A stretch of 64,000 bases of DNA, taken from the sequence record MH791398.1; one strand, given 5' to 3'. Every line of letters starts with the position of its first letter. The first letter of the stretch is position 1. The translations under genes and the position numbers were made by a program. The notes beneath the pieces were generated by a model, which searched no databases, was not told the DNA's origin, and saw only the letters and a program-made list of their open reading frames with translations. This document shows, piece by piece, positions 57,253 through 64,000 of the stretch.

Positions 57253-58935
57253 ATGTCTAAGACCGCTATTATCGCTAAGTGGAAACCGCTGCTTGAAAAA
57301 GAAGGTATGCCGGAAATTGCTACCATGAAGCGCAAGGATATCGTCGCTCGTCTGATGGAAAACCAATATGAAGACATCAAGAGTAACGACGGTGCTGCAT
57401 ATACCGACCAAACCGTAATCGACTCCATGGTTGACGTTCAAGGTCGTAAAGCTCAACTGGCAGAAGCCAAAAAGATGCTGAACGAAGCTCAAGCCGCTGC
57501 TCTGGCAGAAGGTCGCGAACTGACCGGTGAAGAGATGGAAACCATGCTAACCGAAGCTAACATCGTCGGTGACCACGGTTATGATGCTGTTAAGATCGCC
57601 TCTGGTGAAGCTTCCGGTAACATCACCAACGTCGGTCCGGCTGTTATGGGTCTGGCTCGTCGTGCTATCAGCAACCTGATTGCCTTTGATATCTGTGGTG
57701 TTCAGCCGATGACCTCTTCCGCTGGTCAGGTATTCACCCTTCGTGCCATCTATGGTACTGATGCGCTGGATGCTCAAGCTCGCGAAGCTTTTCACCCGCA
57801 ATATGCACCTGATTCCAGCTTCTCTGGTCGTGGTGCCACTGCCCCACTGATTCCTGCTTTTGATAAAGACGGAACCTATGCAATCGGTGATCTGGCTCGC
57901 TTCCAACTGGATGAAGAAGTAGACGCTTATTCCAACTCCGGTACTAAGGTTGTTCAGTTTGTTACCGCTTATACTGCTGGTACTGCTGCTGACGTTAAAA
58001 CCGCTGGTTACCTGAAACTAATCCACGACAAGATCGCGGTTGAAATCGGTGAAGGTATGGCTACCTCCATGGCGGAACTGCAAGAGAACTTTAATGGTTC
58101 CAGCAATAACCCGTGGCCTGAAATGAGTTTCCGTATTGATAAGCAAGTAGTTGAAGCTAAGGCTCGTCAACTGAAAGCTCAGTACTCCATCGAACTGGCT
58201 CAGGACCTGCGTAACGTTCATGGTCTGGATGCAGATAGCGAACTGTCCAGCATTCTGGCTAACGAAATCATGCTAGAAATCAACCGTGAAATGATCCTGT
58301 GGATCAACGCTACCGCTCAAATTGGTAAGACCGGTTGGACTAACCAACATGGTGGTCAAGCTGGTGTCTTCAACTTTGCCGACCCGAACGACATTCGTGG
58401 TGCTCGTTGGCAAGGTGAGAGCGCCAAGGCTCTGGTTACCCAAATCGATAAGGAAGCTGCTGAAATCGGTCGTCAAACCGGTCGTGGTAACGGTAACTTC
58501 GTAATCTGTTCCCGTAACGTTGCCGTAATGCTCGGTTCCACCGACCAACTGGTTTCTCCGGCTGCTGCTGGTACTACCAAGCTGAACACTGATACCTCCG
58601 TATCTCAGTTCGCTGGTGTTCTGGCTGGTAAGTATCGTGTCTTCATCGACCAGTACGCTGTTGAAGATTACTTCACTGTAGGCTTCAAGGGTAGCTCCGA
58701 ACTGGATGCAGGTCTGTACTACTGCCCATACGTCCCGTTGAGCCCGCTGCGTGGTGTGGATCCTAAGTCCTTCGCTACCATTCTTGGCTTCAAGACCCGT
58801 TACGGTGTTAAACTGCACCCGTTCGCTGACGGTTCCAAGAACAAAGGCTTCTCCAAGATCACTTCCGGTATGCCGGGTGCTGCAATCTTCGGTAAGAACT
58901 CCTTCTACCGTCGTGTACGTGTTCTGGGTGCCTAA
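57253..58935 (+). CDS. 23: Major capsid protein gp23
   Basis: KWKPLLE.EG.PEI, LTEA.I.GDHGY, DICGVQPMT, KARQLKAQYSIELAQDL. Confidence 0.99.
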   Translation: MSKTAIIAKWKPLLEKEGMPEIATMKRKDIVARLMENQYEDIKSNDGAAYTDQTVIDSMVDVQGRKAQLAEAKKMLNEAQAAALAEGRELTGEEMETMLTEANIVGDHGYDAVKIASGEASGNITNVGPAVMGLARRAISNLIAFDICGVQPMTSSAGQVFTLRAIYGTDALDAQAREAFHPQYAPDSSFSGRGATAPLIPAFDKDGTYAIGDLARFQLDEEVDAYSNSGTKVVQFVTAYTAGTAADVKTAGYLKLIHDKIAVEIGEGMATSMAELQENFNGSSNNPWPEMSFRIDKQVVEAKARQLKAQYSIELAQDLRNVHGLDADSELSSILANEIMLEINREMILWINATAQIGKTGWTNQHGGQAGVFNFADPNDIRGARWQGESAKALVTQIDKEAAEIGRQTGRGNGNFVICSRNVAVMLGSTDQLVSPAAAGTTKLNTDTSVSQFAGVLAGKYRVFIDQYAVEDYFTVGFKGSSELDAGLYYCPYVPLSPLRGVDPKSFATILGFKTRYGVKLHPFADGSKNKGFSKITSGMPGAAIFGKNSFYRRVRVLGA

Positions 58936-58951
58936 TAGCAAATCCAAAAAT

Positions 58952-58975
58952 AAGGGAACCTTCGGGTTCCCTTTT
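58952..58975 (+). terminator. Terminator after gene 23
   Basis: AAGGGAACC-TTCG-GGTTCCCTTTT. Confidence 0.9.
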
Positions 58976-59068
58976 CGTTTTTCTTACTGGTCTAAATAAT
59001 ACTAGATAGAGTTCATACAGTCAACCAATGAATGAGCCCTAAATAAAAGAAAAAGAGGAATCTTAAAA

Positions 59069-60298
59069 ATGGCTAAAGTAGTCTCCAAAAAAATACAAGA
59101 CCTAATTAAAGAGTCTGGTATGTCCGGGCGGTTGGTTGAATCTAGTAGTGGTGATATCGTAACGGGTCGCCCTTCTTTAGTTTCACTAACTCGCAAAACA
59201 TTTAATAAAATTTATGATGAGCTTGCTGGTGTTCAACCAACTACAGACCCAGTAGCAAACGTATTTGGTGTACGTTACGAGTATATTAGCGAAGACAATC
59301 AAAGTCATCGGGATATTAACCTTGACAACCGTAATTATGGTGGTGAATTTGATATGGCCGCCGTTGCTGCATTACCAGCCGGTAGTGCTAGTATGGTATC
59401 AAAAACATATTTTGCCAGTGAAGGTTATGTGTTCCAAGTTATCAATGATGGTGATTACTCCGGTGATTTGAATTCTCTTTTTGAGAATGTCTTTACTGGT
59501 AACCTTCGTCTTGTTGTTGACGCAATTGTACCGAACACACAAGAAGATAAAGAAATCCAAAAAACCAGATATGTAATGAACAAATGGAAATCCGTTGTTC
59601 GTAGTCGCAAACTAAAATCTAACATCACTCTAGAACTTCTTCAAGATATGGGTGGTATGAATATGGATGGTGATGCCGCAGTAGAAGATCTATTGTCTGT
59701 CGCCATCGCAGAAGAAATTAACAGCGATATTATCATGAAGCTGGTAACTGTTGCCACCAAAGAAGTTAAAGCAACTCCGTATAATGTAGCAACTACTGAA
59801 TATTTCGCTGGTCGTGATTTGGTGGCTCGTGCGTGTCGTATGGCTGCTCAAATTACGTTAGATACCACATTCAAACCGACTTATATTCTTGCTTCTGCTC
59901 ATGTGGCCGCACTTATACAAACGTCTGGACTAGTTGACGATCAACACCGAATTATCGGTACTAAAATGAAATTGGTTGTTGATTCAAAGACTCCTGTTCA
60001 TTATATGTTGGTTGGTGTTAAGGCTAAATTTGATGAAGGTGTTGATACAGTAAGTGCTGTTTATTACAGTCCTTATATCGAAGAAGATGAAGCGGGGACT
60101 TTTATGGTTGCTGCCGATCCGGACGCACTACAACCTGTAGTTGGTATTATCTCAAGATACGCTCTATCTACTAGCCCAGATTTCAGAAAAATTGAATCCA
60201 ACCCGGCTAAGGTATATGATGGGGAAGATTGGGTAGGTGCCGCCAACAAGTCTCAATTGGCTCGTATGTGTATGGTCGAAATGAAAGATTACGCATAA
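59069..60298 (+). CDS. 24: Capsid vertex protein gp24
   Basis: GRPSLVSLTR, QPT..PVA...GVRY, RKLKS..TLEL.QD. Confidence 0.93.
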   Translation: MAKVVSKKIQDLIKESGMSGRLVESSSGDIVTGRPSLVSLTRKTFNKIYDELAGVQPTTDPVANVFGVRYEYISEDNQSHRDINLDNRNYGGEFDMAAVAALPAGSASMVSKTYFASEGYVFQVINDGDYSGDLNSLFENVFTGNLRLVVDAIVPNTQEDKEIQKTRYVMNKWKSVVRSRKLKSNITLELLQDMGGMNMDGDAAVEDLLSVAIAEEINSDIIMKLVTVATKEVKATPYNVATTEYFAGRDLVARACRMAAQITLDTTFKPTYILASAHVAALIQTSGLVDDQHRIIGTKMKLVVDSKTPVHYMLVGVKAKFDEGVDTVSAVYYSPYIEEDEAGTFMVAADPDALQPVVGIISRYALSTSPDFRKIESNPAKVYDGEDWVGAANKSQLARMCMVEMKDYA

Positions 60299-60345
60299 TT
60301 AATTTTCCAGATAAAAAGACGTAGAAGCTTTATTCTGGATAAAAG

Positions 60346-60378
60346 AAAGCCCCAACCTTTTTAGGTCGGGGCTTTTTT
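60346..60378. terminator. Bidirectional terminator
   Basis: AAAGCCCC(A)ACCT-TTTT-AGGTCGGGGCTTTT. Confidence 0.8.
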
Positions 60379-60727
60379 ATTTTGATTGCTCAAGAACAGT
60401 TTCGATGAAAATATAATATTTCATCTTTTCTATTTCATGTAATTCATCGTAAGATGTCAAACATGGATGGGTTTTCTCGTCTCTAGATTTATCTTCACCA
60501 AATATCCAACCTTCTCCCTCTTTATAATTTCTCCAAAGCTCATGAACAGTTCGAGCATCAGAATCAGGGTGGTCGATTATATATGTTACATGTTTAGTCC
60601 AGACCCGTTTAACCTTTTCGGGTTCTTCTTTCCACAATGTATCGGTGTCGCCTAGTATTAAATTAAACCGTCGAATCGCATCATGCGCAGTTCTGGCGAT
60701 CTTACGTGGTGAGCTTTTCATTTTCAA
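60377..60727 (-). CDS. RyR-domain protein
   Basis: HELWRNYKEGEGWIFGEDKSRDEKTHPCLTSYDEL matches the RyR repeat consensus; late promoter at 60757-60764. Confidence 0.82.
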   Translation of the reverse strand: MKMKSSPRKIARTAHDAIRRFNLILGDTDTLWKEEPEKVKRVWTKHVTYIIDHPDSDARTVHELWRNYKEGEGWIFGEDKSRDEKTHPCLTSYDELHEIEKMKYYIFIETVLEQSK

Positions 60728-60759
60728 CCTCGTTTATTGTTATTATTCCACAACAATAT

Positions 60760-61320
60760 TTAGAGATTGAAAATGTCAACCTTTTCTAATACTGGTATAT
60801 CATCAATACCCAACCATTTACAAAGTTTTGATCTTTGAACTGGGTTCATAATGTTTAGGGTAGGTATATTTAGGCTTCTTGCTATTTTAACCGCAGTAGC
60901 AGTTCCACCAGATACAGTACCATGTATCGATTCTTCCGCACAAAATACAACTAAGTCAGAATAAGACTTGAGATTTAATCCCATAACTTGAGGAACGTTC
61001 CTAGCGTGTAATTCTTGGTGACCAATTGGCATAAATTCCCATCCAATACCAGACCCATGAACACGGGAAGCAAGCAATTCAAATTCATAATAGTTTTCAT
61101 GATTTTTGACATTAACACAACCGGGTCTATCATCAGGACGATATACAACGGTTAATGCTGGGTCATATTCGGTTAGGAAAAGCGTATCAGAACCAATGGC
61201 ACCACCAGATCTAGCACCATAACCACGATCAGAAAAAGCTTTTCCAATTCTTATCATCAACTGTTTATACTCTTCGTTAGGATATCTGGTTCCTATAAGA
61301 GTTACAATTTTCCTTTTCAT
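60760..61320 (-). CDS. SLOG/DprA-like Rossmann-fold protein
   Basis: TLIGTR...RSGGAIGSD...SGGTATAV..A....IP..N. Confidence 0.75.
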   Translation of the reverse strand: MKRKIVTLIGTRYPNEEYKQLMIRIGKAFSDRGYGARSGGAIGSDTLFLTEYDPALTVVYRPDDRPGCVNVKNHENYYEFELLASRVHGSGIGWEFMPIGHQELHARNVPQVMGLNLKSYSDLVVFCAEESIHGTVSGGTATAVKIARSLNIPTLNIMNPVQRSKLCKWLGIDDIPVLEKVDIFNL

Positions 61321-61358
61321 GATGATATTTTAACACACCTAAATAGCATTATAAATAA

Positions 61359-61479
61359 ATAGATCTCGAACGTAGTGAGACGGCGTAGCCGCCTGTTCGC
61401 TTCGCTCACTCTTTCTAATTATAGATCTTCTATATAAATACTTATAGAGATTTTATACTTTGATTACAAGTGAAACTAT
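61359..61479 (-). repeat. Origin/ssi-like element, copy 2 (inverted)
   Basis: Reverse complement matches 19148-19270; core 61359-61409 is identical. Confidence 0.85.
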
Positions 61480-61574
61480 TTTATTTTGTATATAAAAGAT
61501 ACAAAAAAGGTGATCTCTCGACCACCTAAGTATAAAAAGTTAAAAACATTCGTAATGTCTGATACAATACGAAA

Positions 61575-61796
61575 TCAAAAAACGTAAAATTTATCTCCAT
61601 CTAGCTTAACGAATAAATCTTCTTGTACATCATGTACAACCACAATATTCCCCTTCCCCAAATATTCCTTTATCTTCACGATCATTAAATGGTCATCTTC
61701 TTCAAGTCTTTTCCATCTCTCAATCAAATTATAAGATCCGAAATATCCAGTAAGAACAAAAATATTTTCATTAACTTCGATGAAATTGTATTCCAT
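61575..61796 (-). CDS. Hypothetical protein with late promoter
   Basis: 73 aa ORF; CCTAAATA at 61835-61842. Confidence 0.6.
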   Translation of the reverse strand: MEYNFIEVNENIFVLTGYFGSYNLIERWKRLEEDDHLMIVKIKEYLGKGNIVVVHDVQEDLFVKLDGDKFYVF

Positions 61797-61877
61797 TAAA
61801 CACCCTTCTTATATTGACCAAAATGGTCAATTGGTATTTAGGGATACAAAAAAGCCACCCAGTAGGATGGCTAGATA

Positions 61878-62675
61878 TTAGTAAATGGTATGGAAACGAG
61901 AATTACGACTCTCGCGCAATGTCACACTACCATTAATCTGGATGTAATAAAGAACTGTTTTCAGAAGTGCTTTATCCGGTTCGCGTTCATGAGTATCAAT
62001 AATACTCTTCCAAGACGGTCCTTTCTCAAGGATCCAATCAAGAATCCAATACGGGCAATTGAGGTATTGGTTACCAACAGCCCCAATCAGATTTACTTTC
62101 GGCTTGAAACCATAAGTCAAATCCGGTTCTTGGGTATCTTTAGTAGTTTCCAAATTCATTTTTTCTTTAACGAACTTCTTTTCATCTTCAATTAATTCGT
62201 CAAGAGTTTTAAACCCAGAAGAATCAATATATTCTGGTTGTTTCGGTGGAGTGAATTCAATTTTAACATCGTTGGGAGTATTGATATTAACCACCCCATC
62301 ATCAATTTTGATTGATTCAACCACACCAAGTTCAATAACCTCATCTACATTGTCGAATTCGTCATCGACTACAACTGGTTCGACAAAAGGGGTTTTTTCT
62401 TTCGGTTCCGGTGCAAGGTCCAGTTTTTCATTCTCTTTGGCGTCCGCCATTTCAAGGAGTTTAACGATCATATCGTCAACCGAAGTATTAGACTTGCTAA
62501 TTTTAAAACCACATTCCTTAGCATATGCTTGAATTTTCGCTTTCGCTTCTGGTGCGGTATTAGCATCAACAATTTCGTTGATTACCCCAAGGTCAAGTTC
62601 TTTTTGTTTTTTCGCAGTAGACTTTTTTGGTTTAGTTTCTTTTTCTACTGGTTCTTCTACATAATTCAATGCCAT
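61878..62675 (-). CDS. inh: Inhibitor of prohead protease Inh
   Basis: C-terminal PYWILDWI...LYYIQINGSVTLRESRNSRF; late promoter at 62702-62709. Confidence 0.85.
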   Translation of the reverse strand: MALNYVEEPVEKETKPKKSTAKKQKELDLGVINEIVDANTAPEAKAKIQAYAKECGFKISKSNTSVDDMIVKLLEMADAKENEKLDLAPEPKEKTPFVEPVVVDDEFDNVDEVIELGVVESIKIDDGVVNINTPNDVKIEFTPPKQPEYIDSSGFKTLDELIEDEKKFVKEKMNLETTKDTQEPDLTYGFKPKVNLIGAVGNQYLNCPYWILDWILEKGPSWKSIIDTHEREPDKALLKTVLYYIQINGSVTLRESRNSRFHTIY

Positions 62676-62687
62676 TTCGCATTCCTC

Positions 62688-62954
62688 TTAGTTTGTTAAT
62701 GTATTTAGGGATTTGAGATATTTTACTGCCATCCCAATCTCGTTATACCCAAAGATCATACCATATTTGGTCTTTTTATAGCCATGGTCTTTTCGGATCT
62801 GAGTTCCTTTGAACTTAGAATGACCTCCGTGGTCTGAAACCCTCACCATATGCCCCTGTACGTCGATATAAGAGCTTGTGGATGAAGATACCAACCTACA
62901 CTCGATCCCGTTATTGAATAGCTCTATCATCAATTCACGAGCTTTGGGGTTCAT
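62688..62954 (-). CDS. Hypothetical protein
   Basis: 88 aa; contains a VRVSDH motif. Confidence 0.6.
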   Translation of the reverse strand: MNPKARELMIELFNNGIECRLVSSSTSSYIDVQGHMVRVSDHGGHSKFKGTQIRKDHGYKKTKYGMIFGYNEIGMAVKYLKSLNTLTN

Positions 62955-63673
62955 TAATATAATTCTCCGGAATCACACATAATTTTAACAAGACCTAGAT
63001 CGCCTTTTACGGAATCTACCATATTTTTAATCATGATATTAGCCGCAACAGTTTTAAAGCTCAATTCATTCTGGATATAGATATCAAATTGACCATATTT
63101 CTTGGCATCGTTGATGAAATATTTTGTACCGTGTGCTTCACCCACAACCATCCCACAACCTTTTAACCAACTAGGATAACCCTTACCCACTTCTTTTGCG
63201 GAAAAGAATCCATCCTTATTAGTCATTCCACCAGTACGTTGTACTTCATCGACATAATATTTAATGTCTTTCACTACGTTTTTATTTTCAACAACAGACA
63301 CTTTCTTGATTTTTGGTTGTTCGGAACGAGTGAACACACTTTCATCATCTTGTTCGATGATTGGTTTAAGCATGGATTCAAGTTCTTGGATCCGAGTTTC
63401 ATGAAGTTGGTCGAGTTCTTCGATTGAAGATGCTTTATTACGACGTTTGACCCAATCCCGCTGACCTTCAATAATCGCCGGGTTAATTTTTCGAACTTCT
63501 TTATAAACAGAATTTAGTTTCTCGTCTGATTCACTCAAACGTTCGTCTGTACAAATAGTTCGTTCTATTTTGCTCGATGCTTTCTCACAATCAAAAGATG
63601 CGGCATTAACCTGTACCGCACTAATAGCGCACATCGCACCTAAGATAGCAAAACTAACAAACCGCTTTTTCAT
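62954..63673 (-). CDS. Secreted LprI-like (lysozyme inhibitor family) protein
   Basis: Signal peptide ending VNA, then ASFDC.KA...E.TIC.D..LS..D..L...Y...QR.W...RN. Confidence 0.75.
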   Translation of the reverse strand: MKKRFVSFAILGAMCAISAVQVNAASFDCEKASSKIERTICTDERLSESDEKLNSVYKEVRKINPAIIEGQRDWVKRRNKASSIEELDQLHETRIQELESMLKPIIEQDDESVFTRSEQPKIKKVSVVENKNVVKDIKYYVDEVQRTGGMTNKDGFFSAKEVGKGYPSWLKGCGMVVGEAHGTKYFINDAKKYGQFDIYIQNELSFKTVAANIMIKNMVDSVKGDLGLVKIMCDSGELY

Positions 63674-63694
63674 TTTTCATTCCTCAATTTAAAG

Positions 63695-63994
63695 TTATTT
63701 GGTTTCTTTTTTTGCTGCTTCTTCCATTGCAGCAATGATTACATTCAGGGGGGTCAGGTGTCCACAAACGTAGTAGAAGGCGCGAACAAACACAGTACCT
63801 TTGTGTCCACGAACAAGGTGAACGTTAGCGGTTACCATCATCCGACCAAACATCTCATCCAAACGAAGACACCGGTTGAACTGTTCACCCCGAAGTTCCA
63901 TGATCTCCATGATGTTTTTCTTGATAACGGCTTCTTTCTCGCTAACTTTCTGTTCTGGTTGGTTGATGGGAGCGTTTTTAACTGTTGCAATCAT
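63695..63994 (-). CDS. Hypothetical protein
   Basis: 99 aa ORF. Confidence 0.6.
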   Translation of the reverse strand: MIATVKNAPINQPEQKVSEKEAVIKKNIMEIMELRGEQFNRCLRLDEMFGRMMVTANVHLVRGHKGTVFVRAFYYVCGHLTPLNVIIAAMEEAAKKETK

Positions 63995-64000
63995 AGCAAC

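Noticed and set aside
58273-58947. 224-aa antisense ORF in gene 23 (similar ones in genes 18, 10, 7 and wac, e.g. 50734-51474 and 37244-38026)
   Set aside because: Expected shadow of biased codon usage in highly expressed genes; no RBS, motif or late promoter

Overview
This 64 kb window comes from a T4-superfamily (Straboviridae-like) lytic myophage; its late promoters read (C)CTAAATA rather than T4's TATAAATA. In order it contains: the 3' part of a long tail fibre gene and a gp5-type soluble lysozyme; a minus-strand accessory region (tk, ParB-like, Hoc, P-loop kinase, ferritin-like, J-domain protein); a 10-tRNA cluster interleaved with several highly structured non-coding segments; a rearranged baseplate/tail block (57A, 1, 3, tape-measure/29, 51-like, 26, 54, 2, 4 | 48, 53, 27, 5, 5.1, 5.4, 25); genes 6-12; an unusually long fibritin with a candidate tip adhesin; head/neck/tail genes 13-24; and a final accessory block (RyR-domain, SLOG, Inh, secreted LprI-like). 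The most notable observations are: (1) roughly 1.2 kb of ORF-free, hairpin-dense RNA in and around the tRNA array, including an attenuator-like switch; (2) an apparent programmed -1 frameshift (T TTT TTC) fusing gp26 to a start-less gp51-like ORF just upstream of the tape-measure gene; (3) a ~122 bp element with an identical 51 bp hairpin core present twice, inverted, 42 kb apart (origin/ssi-like); (4) late-promoter genes with capsid-targeting-like leaders (P-loop kinase, J-domain protein). All family calls come from motif recognition by eye; no database searches or folding programs were run.
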